NCBI RefSeq assembly: GCF_009914755.1
Contig: NC_060929.1
Origin: the human T2T-CHM13v2.0 reference genome, Homo sapiens
DNA: 64,000 nt
Direction: 5' to 3' (one strand)
Below are positions 14,855 to 34,070 of the stretch, one piece after another (within the stretch, counting starts at the first letter, position 1; every line of letters begins with the position of its first letter). A program made the translations under genes and the position numbers. The notes beneath the pieces were generated by a model. The model did no database searches. It was not told the DNA's origin and saw nothing but the letters and a program-made list of their open reading frames with translations.

Positions 14855-15539
14855 AGAAACGTCTGTTCAGATCACCTACCCATTTTACAATGAGATTGCT
14901 TCCTACGGTTGAGATATTTGAGTTCATTGTATATCCTGGATATTAATCCCCTGTCAGATGAATAGTTTGCAAATATTTTCTCTCATTCTGTAGGTTATCT
15001 TTTCAATCTGTTGATTGCTTCCTTGGCTGTGCAGAAGCTCTTTGGTTTGATATAACCCCATTTGTTTATTTTTGCTTTCATGGCCTATGTTTTTGAGGTC
15101 TTATTCACAAAATCTTTTCCCACACCAACGTCCTAAAGTGTTTCCTTTTTTTTTTTCTAGTAGTTTATAGTTTTGGATCTTACATTTAGGTCTTGGGTCC
15201 ATTTTGAATTGATTTTTTTAATAGAGTGAGAGGTGGGGGTTTAGTTTCATTCTTCTGCATATGGACATCCAGTTTGCCCAGCACCATTTATTATAGAGAC
15301 TATCCTTTCCCTAATGTATGTTCTTGGTGTCTTTGTCAAAAATCAATTGGCTGTAAATGTGAGGATTAATATCTGGGTTCTCTATTCTGTTACATTGGTC
15401 TATGTGTCTGTTTTTATGCCAGTACCATGCTGTTTTGCTACTACAGCTTTGTAGTATATTTTTATTCTTTTTGCTCAGGATTGCTTTGGCTCTTCAGGGT
15501 CTTTTGTGGTTCCATACAAATTTTAAGGCTTATTTGTTC

Positions 15540-15730
15540 AGCCAGGCCTAGCGGCTCACACCTGTAATCAATCCCAGCACTTTAGGAGGCCAGCGTGGGA
15601 GGATCAGTTGAGCCCTGGAATTCAATACCAGCTTGAGCAACATAGTGAGACCCTGTCTCTACAAAAAGAAGAAGAAGGAGGAGGAGGAGGAATAGAAGGA
15701 GAAGAAGGAAGAAAGAAAAAAAAGAAAAAG
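15540..15730 (+). mobile_element. Alu left monomer (FLAM/AluJ) with GA-rich tail
   Basis: GGCTCACACCTGTAATC...GAGACCCTGTCTCTACAAAAA followed by GAA/GAG repeats. Confidence 0.85.
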
Positions 15731-15825
15731 AATTTCTTCTAATCCTATGAAGAACATCATTGGCATTTTGATATTAAATCCATAGATCACTTGGGGTAGT
15801 AATAAGCAGCATGTTAAGTGTGTAC

Positions 15826-16314
<489 letters not shown>

Positions 16315-18819
16315 TGATTTTTTTTTTTAAACAAGAGAAAATTATCTTTAAAATTAACAGTTAAGGTGAAGTTTAAAAGAGTATTTGTCATCCTAATAAT
16401 GCTTCTTGGTGTTTTTCTTCAATAGGAGCCTTTCTTGTCCTCTCATTTTTCACATTAGATGAGATCTAAACACACATCAAAACTGGGATGCAGTAATAGG
16501 TGAGGAAAAACCAATGTCTTTCACTGTACCCAGGCATTAAATTTGATCCCTAGCACGCCTGGAAAGGGACAGTTTTCCTACTGACTTCCTGATATGTACC
16601 TAAACTGCATGGGATCTCATCCTTTTTTGTAAAGAGCAATAAAATATTTCATTTAATACAAGAACACCTTTCATCCAGCCTCATTCAATTTTCTAGGTTA
16701 ATTTTTGCTTTCCATTCTTCCAGGATGCTTAAAATAAGAAGAGTAAATTCCAAAACCAGCTCTGTTCATACTAGAGCAAGGCTGAGCAAAGCATTGCTGA
16801 CTACGTGCACAGTGTCAGGAGCCAAGCAAACTCTTCAGCCCTCATTTTCTGGGGACCAAAAGCAGCTTCTGTGTTCTTGCCCTAGGGCTCACCCTTAGTG
16901 CCTTCTAGGTAAGACTGCCTTGGCTTCCCTCTGCTAATCAGGGAAAAGGTGATTGGATAGAGTCATGTTTCACCTGAAGTATTTTGGCCCCTTATCTGAA
17001 CCAGTCATTACATCTTAAGGCAGTTGTAACTAGGCTGCTATAATGATCTGACAAAAGACCTATTCCTCCAACATTACCAGTCATTAACTTTCCAAGACAA
17101 GATGTGACATGCCACAGCCCTCAGATAGTTCATCCAGAAGGAGTCTCTTCTTGACAAATATAATCCCTCTTCACCTTTGTTCATGACAATTTTATTTCTT
17201 CCACGGTGTCAAACTACCAATTTTTCCAAGTCAGCATTCCCTAGTTAGACCAAGGGACTTTTTCCACTTCAAAGGGAGGTGCTGCTATCTTTTCACTTTT
17301 GATTGTTCCTTACTTTAATCGTCTTTCCTAAAATAGTAGTTTTAAGTGGATATATATTTAAAGTAGCAAAGCCTGATGCCTTATTTTTGCTGCAAATTTT
17401 GCAGTTCTATGTATAAAAACTTGCTTTAATCATATGTCACTACGTCATGTTCAGTATGCACAAATAAAAACTTATTCTCCAGATATGATGTCAGAATGAA
17501 TAAAAACTAACAATTGGGATATTTGCCTAAAAGTAAAAAAGAAGCAGGACACTTGGTGTATACTCTTTAGTTCTTAACTTTATTTGAGTAACTTTGCCTA
17601 CCCTGAAAATTATAAAATAATGTCTTTTGTAAAAATAGGACCATTGCTTCAAAGTATCTCTCTTTTCCCCTTCAGTGGCTAAATCCATACAAAGCTATAA
17701 AGTTGATAATCAAAATTGAAAACAAGTAGTTCTCTCTAAAGTTAGAACTGCAGTTCCCTTGGAGGGTCTCATTAGATAGAATCCAGGTGCAACTCTCTGC
17801 AACATAGTGTTAGATTCTGAACAGAAGTAAAATAGAGCATGATTCCTTGACTTAAAATGTAACTAAGCAAAGAACACAAGAGTACAGAGGAAACTAAGCT
17901 GGTAGAGTCAGGGGAAAGATAAGTGACAGAGAGCCTGATGGCCTTGCAGTAGTCTGAGATGGCAACTTGAAGAATGGTCAAGGAAAGGCATTCAAAGTCT
18001 AGTTCCAGAACTGACTGAATGGAATCAAGAAAAGTGGACTGGGCAATTGCCAGATGCTGTCTGAAGGCATAAGGGTATGGACTCTTGTATTGGACCTGGA
18101 TTCTCTCCAGATAACCTTCTCTAGATTATATAATCTCTGGATTTTAGAATGGCAAAGTTCAACGAGTTTATCCAGGGTTAGTTTAAGATGAAAAATAAAA
18201 GAAAAGAGAAAAAACTAAGAAACGTAGAAAGGGTAGTAACCTCAACATCTTGTTTAATAAAGAAGGAACTCTTATCTCTCTTGAAGTCATTCACATTGGG
18301 TCTACCGTAGGATTTCTCTGCATAGTAATGAGAGCTGAATGAACGAACTCTGAAGAATTAAAAGAGATCAAGTGCTAAGATCTCAGTGATGGGCGGTACC
18401 TAAAGAGGTGAGGCTAAGAGGAGAAAGAAAATCCCCTGGGGGAGATAGAGAGTAAGGGTCAATGAATATAGGGGAGTAAACTCATAAATAGCATTTAAAA
18501 TTTATTATTAGCCTGTAGGTAACTTTTAATTCTTCAGTTACAGAGAAAACCCCCATTTTGAGGTTACAAGGATTTTCTTTTCTTAAAAGTGTTATTAGAT
18601 GTGTCCTACTCCCCCTGTATATATAATTTTTAAAAATAATAGTCTGGATTATGAGCTGAAAAGTCTAGTTATTACCATGTAACTGTTTTATGCAATGTGA
18701 TATAATTATTTACTAATTGTTCCATATTCTCTCATTTTTGTTTTTTCTCTCTTAATTTGATCTTCAGTACCTCCAAGGTTGTACCATATGCAATGCTTAC
18801 AGGCCTCAACTCTGAAGGC

Positions 18820-19385
<566 letters not shown>

Positions 19386-20472
19386 TATATGTGCCTTTAA
19401 CTCCATTGTAGAATGCATATTGTGTAGAGTGTATTCTATTTTTTATTATCACATCATGTGAAAAGTTCAGGACTAATTTTAACAAAATTTGACGTTATGT
19501 TTATTATGGTCTGACTGAAACTAAAGATTCCAAAATGCAAATAATCCCTCAGGGCAGCTGAAACTAAAGCACAACATGTATGACTACTCTTAGAAGAGGC
19601 GTGCCATAAGCAACAAGACACAATGGAAGGGAATAAACAAGCAGTGGTTTCTGAGGGTCAGGGACTCCAAGTGGCAGTTAATTTGAATTGACTGCTTCCC
19701 ACTTGGGTAACTCTAGGTATATACTCCAGAGGAATTAGTAGCAGGAAATTCATTCTTTTTTAATATAAATTTCTTTTGATAACAATGTATTCGTTATGAG
19801 GACATGAGCATGGGAAAGAAAAGCTAAGATGTTAAACAGATGAAAATATTTACATAACTTCAAATAGTTGCAAATACAAAGCCAAGGAGAAGTAGATTGA
19901 ATTACATTTTCTAAAGAAACTGTCGGACCCAGCCACTGAGCTTTCTCATCATTCTCCATGGTCCCCAAACCTCTGCACCCTCCTCTTCCATCCTCTCCCC
20001 CAACCTGGATAAGCAATGTAAAAGCAATTTCAGTGTTTAAGTTGAACTGTGGTTAGTGTAGCTGAGTCACAGAATAAACTGGAAAGAGCCATTCAAGGAA
20101 AAAGAAAAACACGTACTATAATTGAAGACAAACATCACTCAGTCTATAACGCATTTTCAGGAATTCATGTATGTGTTTTTATATATAAGATATATAAATA
20201 TAATATGCATAAATATAGTCACTGGGCAATCAGCAGAAAGTATTTAAGGTAACTTATATGCATTGCCAAAATCTGCGATATATCATATTTTATTTAGTGC
20301 ATCCAAATACCCCAATTATTACTAAATGGAAGCAAGCTGATAAGCTGCAAGCTATCTCTAGAAAATTGGGCATGAGACTATGTTAGAAATCTTCCAGGAA
20401 TAGAAGTAAACAGAAAACAACTAAGATTAGTTGCTTGCATATTTTTAGTTAATATTAAATTAAAAATGTACC

Positions 20473-20763
<291 letters not shown>

Positions 20764-21212
20764 AAAAATGTACCATGTGGTTTTCAAACCTTTGATTTAA
20801 GATAATAAACAAAATTTTTGTTTTAAATGTGAAGAGTACCTCCTCCGAAGAATTCCTAAAATAAAACAGAATGCTTAATTACATAAATAACTGTGATAAA
20901 GCTGTGTTTCATTGTTATATTTGTCTGGCAATAAATGAGGGATTTCAGTCTTTCATTTGACATCTTTTAGAAGTACTAAATTTACCAAATAAAGTAATCA
21001 ATCATTTTTATTTTCTTATATACTTTCAGAAAGTAAACAAACTGGTGGTTTTATTAACATTTATTAACCTTATTGTCATGTTACAGATTTAATATTAAAT
21101 ATATTGCTTATGTGTTGTGAAGATTTGAAAAATATATTCTAAATGGAAAGAAATAGGCTATTTCTTGAAAAACAGAAGAAATACAAAACTAAAAAATATA
21201 AATGTTCAGTTC

Positions 21213-21354
21213 TACTAGGATTTTAATATATACCCCAAAAAGCATGTGGTGGAAACTTAGTACCTGATGCAACAGTGTTGGGAGATGGGACCTAATGGGA
21301 GGTGTTATGGGAGGTGTGGGACTCTGTCATAGCAGCACAAAACAAACTGAGACA
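21213..21354 (+). mobile_element. MST-type MaLR LTR, internally deleted
   Basis: 5' CCCCAAAAAGCATGTGGTGGAAACTTA...GCAACAGTGTTGGGAG joined directly to 3' ATAGCAGCACAAAACAAACTGAGACA. Confidence 0.7.
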
Positions 21355-21460
21355 ACTTGCCATAAAATGTAAGCATTTTTTTTCAGAGAGGGAGAGAAAA
21401 CAAAACAAAACAGAACAAAACATTTTTCTCCTTCAATCAGAGTTTTAAAAAAAAATTAGT

Positions 21461-21832
<372 letters not shown>

Positions 21833-22294
21833 TTAACACAGCATGTGTGAGATATTGTCCTGGCCCTCAGCTCTACTGCACTCTAAGGCACATGTAGGCA
21901 TGCAGTGGTAGACAGTTCTGGTGCCATGTGATCGAAGATTTAAAATGCCAGGATACAGAGATTGCCCATAATTTGGTAAGCAGTGAAGAACAAATGAAAA
22001 TTATAGGGAAAAGAGGGGCTTATGCTTAGGAAAATAAATTCTAATGAAAGACTCCAAATAATTTATCTAGTGTGAAAAACTGGTAACTAAATGAATTTGA
22101 AATGAAGGCTTTGAAAGACAGCGTCTAACTCAGACATGGACTAATAATCATGTAATCGATAAAGGACCTCACAAATGGGATCCTAACAGGTATGTCAGAG
22201 ATTTTTTAGATGCAAGTAAAATCTTACGTAGAGGAAAGCTGAGGTTGTGGGAAACCTGGTCAGTAGTTTTCAAACATTTTTATTTTAATAGTAA

Positions 22295-22630
<336 letters not shown>

Positions 22631-23009
22631 TAACTTTAGGGCACTGCCCAACTCAAGTAATGAGGGCTAAAAAGATGACTTCTCCCGGTACTCTATATAC
22701 CCTTGTCAATGATAAACCAGGCTGGCCTTTTCAAAGATGCATCCTTAGATCTTTGCAAATTTCCAAATTACTCAATACCACCAAAGTATATAATTATTCT
22801 CCGCTACTCTAATATAGAATATTATAATTTTATCAGAGCAACTACACATACTATTAGTCAAAAACTACAAAAACATCATGAAATGGTAATGCTAGGTAAT
22901 TCTTTAGGCTCACTTGTTACCTACAATACTTTTACCTTCACATCAACCTTGCATAATAATGTAACTGTTTAGTCTTTTTTTAATGCACGGATTTTTTTGG
23001 TTCAATAAA

Positions 23010-24820
23010 TAAATTTTTCCCAGCTTTACTGAGGTATAGTTGGCAAGTAGAAATTGCATATATTAAGGGTGTATAATATGATGTTGTGATATATGTATAT
23101 ATTGTAAAATGGTTACCATATCAACCTAATAAACATATCTATTGCGTCACAGTTATCTCTTTGTGTGTACGATGCAAATATTTGAGATCTTCTCTCTTAG
23201 CAAATTTTAAGTATACAATGCATTATTATTAATTATAGTCACCGTGCCATACATTAGGGCTCCAGAACTTGCTAATCTTATAGCTGCAAGTTTATACTCT
23301 TTAACCAACATCTTCCCATTTCTCCTTTCCCCTAACCACTGGTAACCAACCTTCTACTCTCTGTTTCCATGAATGTGACTTTTTTAGATTTCACATATAA
23401 GTGAGATTATGCAGTGCTTGTCTTTCCGTGTGTGGCTTACTATAATGTCTTCCAGGTTCCTCAATGCTGTCATAAATGTCAGAATTTCCTTTTTTTAAAG
23501 GGTAAATAATATCCATTGTGTGTGTGTGTGTGTTTTGTGTGTGTGTGTGGATCACATTTTCTTTATTAATTGATCAGTTGATGGACACTTAGATTGATTC
23601 CATATCCTTGCTATTGTGAATAGTTCTGCAGTGAATGTGGTAGTGCAGCTATATCTTCAACATATCAATTTTATTTTTCTTTGGATATATATATTCAGTA
23701 GTGAGATTGCTGGATCATACAATAGTTCTATTTTTAATTTTTTGAAAAACCTCCATACTGTTTTCCATAATAGCTGTACTAATTACATTTCCACTAACTG
23801 TGTATGAGACTTTTCTTTTCTCTACACCCTAACCAACACTTGTTATCTTTCAATTTTTTGCTAATAGTCATCATAACAGGTGCGAGGTGGTATCTCATTG
23901 TGGTTTTGATTTGCATTTGCCTGATAATTTAAGATATTGAGCACCTTTTCATATACCTCTTGGTCATTTTTATGTCTTCTTTGGAAAAATGTACATTCAG
24001 ATCTTTTGCCCACTTTAATTTTATTTTTAATTTTTAGCTTGTTTGTTTTTTTTTGAGAGGGTCTTGTCTGTCAGCCAGGCTTTAGTGTTGTGGTGTGTCA
24101 CTGCAGCTTCAAATGCCTGGGCTCAAGCAATCTGCCTGCCTCAGCCTCCTGAGTAGCTAAGACTACAGGCACATAGCACCATGCCCAGATAATTTTTTTA
24201 ACTTTTGGTAGATACAGGATCACACTATGTTGCCCAGGCTGGTTTTGAACTCTCAGCCTCAAGCAATCCTCCCTCCTCAGCCTCCTAAAATGTTTGCATT
24301 ATGGGCATGAGACACTCTGCCCATTTTTAACTCAGGTTCTTTGTTTTTTCTGCTATTAAGTTGTGTGAGTTCCTCATATGTTTTGGATATTAATTCTTTT
24401 TATGGCTATGTGGCTTGCAAATATTTTCTCCCATTCCATAGGTTCCTTTTTCATTTTGTTGATTGTTTCCTATGCTGTGCAGAAACTCTCTAGTTTGATG
24501 TAATCCCATTCATTTATTTTTGCTTTTGTTGCCTGTGCTTTAGGTGGCATATCCAAGAAATCATTGTTAAGTCCAATGTCATGGAGCTTTTCACCTGTGT
24601 TTTCTTCTAGGAGTCTTAATAGTTTCAGATCTTATATTTAAATCTTTAATCCATCTTGAGTTGATTTTGTGTATGGTGTAAGATAAGGATCTGATTGATT
24701 GATTTTCTTGTTTTTGCATCAGCATATCCAGTTTTCCTAATACCATTTATTAACGAGACTATTCTTTCTCATCATTGTGTATTCTTGGAGTCTTTGTCAA
24801 AGATTAGTTGACCATATATT
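23010..24820 (-). mobile_element. L1MA-type (about L1MA8/9) 3' end, with an AluJ at ~24040-24322 and (TG)n at ~23518-23549
   Basis: CCCAGCTTTACTGAGGTATAGTTGGCAAG start, antisense 3'UTR and ORF2 end. Confidence 0.85.
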
Positions 24821-25100
24821 AGACAGAGTCTTTTGCATAGTCTTTTCTGTAATCTCATTTTTGGTTTAATGCTGGATTTAGTATTTCACTTCAAAGTGCA
24901 CATAAGCATAATAGAAACCAAACAATCCACAATTTTATTCCCAACAGTAGAAATTATCATGGAAACATGGTAAATGGTTTCACAAAGTTCATATTTTCAA
25001 TTCTTTATGTTCTTTTAAGGTTTGATAAATTCTTAATTTTTGATGAAATTCTTGAATCAATAAAATATTAAATTTGAAGAAAAAGGCTGTCCATGATAAA

Positions 25101-25145
25101 GCGAGCACATGCACGCACGCATGCACACACACACACACACACACA
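25101..25145. repeat. Alternating purine-pyrimidine tract with (CA)n microsatellite
   Basis: GCACATGCACGCACGCATGCACACACAC... Confidence 0.9.
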
Positions 25146-26357
25146 AAAACAGACATACAGATACGCAAACACTAACAACCACAAATAAAGACTTTCTCTA
25201 AGGAACTCAACATGCTTCACAGATGATTCTTTATCATTCATATTAATCAAGGACAGATGATCTTCATTTTAGTTAATTGATTTAATTTTCTACACAGCCA
25301 AATTTTTTGCTGACCCTCACTGCTACATAATTTAAGCTTTGTGTCCTCTTCATCCCTTTGCATCATCTTCTGAGAGGACAATTAGTAAATAATAAAAAAC
25401 ACAAAATTGGACAACAGATCTAGATAGGGCACAAAATAAACTCTCAATGGTTCATAACCTGTGTAATCAATAGGTGACTGTGCTATTTAATCTCATAATT
25501 CTTTTGTGAGCTAGAATGGGAATATGTAGTTTGCTAATAAGGAAACAGGCAAAGAGAATATATTCACTATGCTAATTCCACATGATTTATCCAATGTCAC
25601 CCTGAGCTAACGCCCAGTATAGAATTGAGTGATTATTGAGATAATCCAAACAGGGCATTGGATTACTAAAGAAGCACATGGATCTCCTCCTCAGAAAATT
25701 TAAAAATATGATTGGTGCTCATGTTGGCTTTGCATAGAGATAATTTTTTTCAAAAGATCTGATTATTAACTTTAGGAAAAATAACTCCTTTTAAAATAGC
25801 ATTAGGTATTTCAATTCAAATTCAAAAAATGTGTTGTTTTTTGTCTATTAGACTCAGTGCTGGATAGGTGCTGAAGGCAATAACATAGAGACTTTACCTT
25901 CAAGGGACTTTACATCTAGGAGAGAGTACAAAATGTATGGAAATAGGTATAAAATACATATAGCAATGCTAGTGCTTCAAGAGAGGTGCAAAGAGAAGGG
26001 AGTGGTTGTGTTCACCTTGGCACCTGATAAAGGAGAAGGCAGTGAGTAGGGGTGAATCAAGACTCGGTATGAGTTCATCATTACTGAAGTTATGTAATGG
26101 GCACATGGGGGTTCGTTGTGCAATTTTGTTCATGTCTTTATATATTTAATTTTTTCATAATAGAAAATGTTTCTTAAAAGGGGCTTCATGAAAGAAGTGG
26201 CATTTGAGATAGTCCTTGACAAAAGAGCACTCTTTTGATAAGCCGAGGTAACTTCTATAATAAGCAGCAGTCCTATATCTTACGTATCACAAATATAAAG
26301 CTTTTAAAATGTAATGTTAAAATGTTCAACACTTTAAGAAAGGAAAAGAAAAAAAGA

Positions 26358-26502
26358 GGCCAGGCATGGTGGCTCATGTCTGCAATCCTAGCACTTTGGG
26401 AGGCCAAGGTAAGAGGATTGCTTGAGGCCAGGAGTTCAAGAACAACTTGGCCAACACAGCGAGATTTTGTCTCTTAAAAAGAAAGAAAGCAAGAAAAAAA
26501 AA
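26358..26502 (+). mobile_element. FLAM (Alu left monomer)
   Basis: GGCCAGGCATGGTGGCTCATG...TTGTCTCTTAAAAA. Confidence 0.85.
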
Positions 26503-27109
26503 GTCCAGGTAGATGTGTAGTTGAAAATGGCCTAGGCTGTTCATGTTTAATGCTGTGATGCTTAGCTGGCACATAAAGCATCTATTGAGGTATAGGAGAA
26601 TGAAATGGAGCTAAGAATTATTTTTGTTATTGTTGTTTGATGATATTGGATGTTAAATTGTGACATTTAAAATTATTACAGCAGTTAATAGCCTAGCCAT
26701 CAGTGACTAGCTTGACTTGATTAGAGCTTTGATTATGGGGGAAAGAAAGAGACTGAAGTGAAGCCGATCTGAATTCAAATTCCAGTTAGGAAGATGTTAC
26801 AGAGTTCAGGAGGGGTTATGCAATGCGGAAATAACGATGACAATAGAAAAGAAAAAGAGAGGACAGAAAAGAGAAGGGCTGTAGAGGGAGAATATTACAA
26901 CAATTGATTGAATTGTGAGGAGAGAAAGGGAGGACAGAAAAGAATCAAAGATAAATTCAAGGTTACGTTTCCAGTCTGGGCGCACAGAAGTAGAGATGTC
27001 AGGGTCCAGATTAGTAAAGACAAGGTAGGTTTACTCATAACTGGTCTGAAGGGTGAGGAAAAGGACACCTAGATAGAGGTGACCAAATGACAGGAAAATA
27101 CTATCCCGC

Positions 27110-27378
27110 TGAAGGAGGAATAAGAGATCTAAGGTACAACCTAAGGACCAAGTTAATAAAATTGTATTGTGTTAGGGATTTTTGTTAAATAACTAGATTT
27201 TAGCTGTTATTGTCACAAAAAGAAGTAACTATGTGAGATTATAGATACGTTAATCTGCTTCACTGTAATAGCCATTGCATTATCTATGTTTCTATAGTTA
27301 TCTATATGTGTTCCACAACATCATGTTGCAAACCTCAAATATACACAATAACAGTATTTTAAAATTAAAAATAAATAA
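27110..27378 (+). mobile_element. L1MA-type 3'UTR end
   Basis: GAGATCTA..TACAAC..AGTTAATAAAATTGTATTG..GTAACTATGTGAGAT.. followed by an A-rich end. Confidence 0.75.
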
Positions 27379-28034
27379 GAGAGAGGAAGAGAGAAGAAAC
27401 TTCAGATTTACTCACATGGAACAGATCACCGAACATAAAATTGCTGAGCAGATGATTGAGTAAAGGAAATAAAGAGGACTGTAAACAAAATCTTGGAGAA
27501 TTAAGGACTTGGCTTTATATGAGAAAAGAAAAAGAACAAAAGACAGAAGATAACTCAGACAATAATAATACTACTAACATCTTGTGTTTACTCAAGGTTG
27601 GCTAATGATAAACAATGCCAAATTTAAATAGTTTAAAATAATGAAAGTATATTTCTTATTCAAGCAACAGTCCAATGTGGATGTTCCTGGCTAGGTAGCT
27701 CTTCTCTCAGCAGCAATGCAGGGATTCAGATTCCTTCTACCTTGTAGTTCTGCCCTCCTCTACGTCCTTGAAGTTCTTTCTATTCAGTTAAAGGATACAG
27801 AAGCAAATGGGAGATCATGGTAGGAAGGCTTTATGGGTTAGCCCTGAAAGTGACGTGTATCATTTTGCCCACATACCATTAACCCAAATTCAGTCACCTG
27901 GCTGTACCAAAATGCAAGGCAAAACTAGTTAGAATCCATCATGTCTTATATTTGTATCACACAGCTTTTAGAGACCTCTCATATATGTTACTACATAATG
28001 CAATTTCATGAAAGGCCATAAAGCACAGTGGTTA

Positions 28035-28332
<298 letters not shown>

Positions 28333-29623
28333 ACACAATTAAAAAGCACAGTGGCTAAGAGCATGCGCTCTGGAGTTAAAATCACTGAAATTTGTGTACT
28401 GGCTTCACTATAATATTTAGTAGCACAGGGATTACCTAGAGTAAACTAATGCACCTTTCTGTATCTCATTTGTAAAATTATGATAATAACAAAATCTAAC
28501 CCATAGGGTTGGTAGGAAGTTAGTAAATGTTAATAAATATTAAATGATACTTATTAAGGAGTTAATAAATGTATAAATAGTTTATAAATAATAGTGCCTA
28601 GTATGTGTCTGGCATGCAGTAAGTACTCAGTAAAAATTAGCCATCAGTGTCACATTAGGACTGTAGCAATTTAATGGTGGAGTAAGCATTAAATAATGTG
28701 AAATGTAGAGAGTCAATAGTAGTGACTAGAGAAAAAGTCATCAATTTGTCCATTAAGTTACATGAACAACTGCAGAAAATTCTGCTTTGTTGCAGTTAAC
28801 ACCACCCAAATAAGAGACAAAAAGGCAAGATTCCCAACTACCATCAATTTTCAGTTCACATATTTAGAACTGCAGAATAAATGATCTTTGAGAAAAATCA
28901 CAGGATATTGCAGTCAAGTTAAACAAGAAGGTTCAGATAGGGTCTTACTCTAAATGTCTTATATTGAAGTATGTAAACCATATTGTGGAGAAAGAGTGCT
29001 TATCAATTTAAGATTCACTTTCTATCCTTCCTTCTCTCAAGATGAAATCTTTTAGTAGGTCACAACTAGTGGATCTCAGTCAGTTAATTTTACCTCAGCA
29101 AGTAGTTGGCTGTAGTTCATATATACATTAATGTAAACATCAATATTGCCTATAGGGGTTTCTTGATTTTTGGAAGCTTCACTTTCTTCCTTATATTTTA
29201 TTGCTCCCTCCCCAGGTCTGCCATATCATATTTCTGTTCTGTCACTCTCACGGTTTCTTGGTAAATGTCCAAATATCTTGCCTGTTTTTAAAAATTGTGT
29301 CTTAAAATTAAAACTTTTGTTGTGACATGGCTGTAGATTCACATGGAGTAAGAAATATTAAAGAGATTCCAGTATACCCTTTACCTACCCAGTTCCCCTC
29401 AGTGGTAGCATCTTAGGAATACAATATAGAACAATATCATAACCAGGATATAGACATTGATACAACCAAGATACAGAACACTTCCATAAACACAAAGATC
29501 CCTCTGTTTGCCCTTTTATAGCCACCCTTACTTCTCTCCCATTAACCCCTTCCTCAAGCCCTGGCAACCACTAATCTCTTCTCTAGTTTTATAATTTTGT
29601 CTTTTTAAGAATGTTATATAAAT

Positions 29624-29926
<303 letters not shown>

Positions 29927-30264
29927 GTTATATAAATGTAATAAACAATGTGTAAATTTTTGGCATTTTTTTCCACTCAGTACAATTCTGTGGTGATTAC
30001 AGTAGGTTGTGTGTATCAATACTTTCTTTTTATTGCTGAGTAATATTTCATGGTATGTATGTACCAGTTTGTTTTTATCACATAGACCTGTTGAAGGATA
30101 TCTGGGTTATTTCCGGTTTTTGGCTATTAGAAACAAAGCTACCAAAAATATCAAAGTACAGGTTTTTGTGTAAACTCATGTCTTCATTTCTCTAGAATAA
30201 ATGCCCAAGAGTGAAATTGTTGGGCTGGAAAGTGTTTGCATGTTTAGTTTTTAAAGAAACTGTT

Positions 30265-30560
<296 letters not shown>

Positions 30561-30839
30561 CTATTTCCAGAGTAGCTGTACCATTTTTAATTCCCACCAG
30601 TGGTGTATGAGTGATACAATTCCTCCTCATTCTTGCCAATATTTGGTGTTGTCACTATTTTCTTTTAAGTCATTCTGTTAGGTGCTTAGTGTTAGCGCAT
30701 TGTGATTTTTGGCATTTCTCTAATGACTAATGATGTCGAGCATCTTATTTTTATCTGCCCATCTGTATATCTTCTTTGGTGAAATGTCTCTTCATAATTT
30801 TTGCCTATCCCATGTTTTAATTGGATTCCTTGCTTTAAA

Positions 30840-33335
<2,496 letters not shown>

Positions 33336-34070
33336 GATTCTTGGCTTTTTTACCATTGAATTTTAAGGGTTTTATACATTCTAGATCCACATTTTGTCAG
33401 GTACATGGTTTCAAATATTTTCTAAATAGGGTGTTTTGCTCGCCAAAGTTTTAAATTTTAATCAAATTGATTTAGCAACTTTTTTCTTTTACAGATCATG
33501 CTTTGGTGTCGAGTCTAAGAATTCTTTGCCTTGCCCTTAGGTTCCAGAGACTTTCTCCTATTTTTTTTTTTTTTTTCTAAAAGCTTTATAGTCTTATGTT
33601 TTACATTTAATTTTGTGATCCATTTTGAATTACTTTTTGTATAATATATGAGACATAAATTCAGGTTGGTTTTTAAAATTTGTTCTTTTTGGGAGGAGGG
33701 GGTTGCCTATGGGTTTTCAATTGCTCCAGCCTTAAGGGCTTTTTTTCCTTCATTTAATTTATTTTGCACCTTTGACAAAAATCAGTTGGGCATATTTGTA
33801 TGGGTCTATTTCTGGGTTTCAGGTTCTGCTTCATTGATCTATAAGACTATCTCTCCACCAATACCACATAGTCTTAATTTCTGTAGCTATATAATAAGCT
33901 TGGAAATCAAAGCTTATTTGATTCTTCCCACATTACTTTCTTTCAAAATCATTTTAGCTTTCTAGTTTCTTTTGCGTTTTTTTTTTTTTTTTTTTTTGTT
34001 AGTTTGTATATACATTTTAGAATAATCTCATCTATAGCCACAAGAAACCTTGCTGGGATTTTGATGAACA

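Larger units (their letters stand above)
14045..15820 (-). mobile_element. L1MA-type 3' region, interrupted
   Basis: Antisense L1MA 3'UTR (TATTCCTCCTATCTAACTGTAATTTTGTATCC) continuing into ORF2 3' sequence. Confidence 0.85.

Noticed and set aside
17676-17830. FN3-looking plus-strand segment (SIQSYKVDNQN*KQV...PLEGL) after a good acceptor
   Set aside because: No convincing donor, lacks the conserved strand-F Tyr, and is likely a chance match
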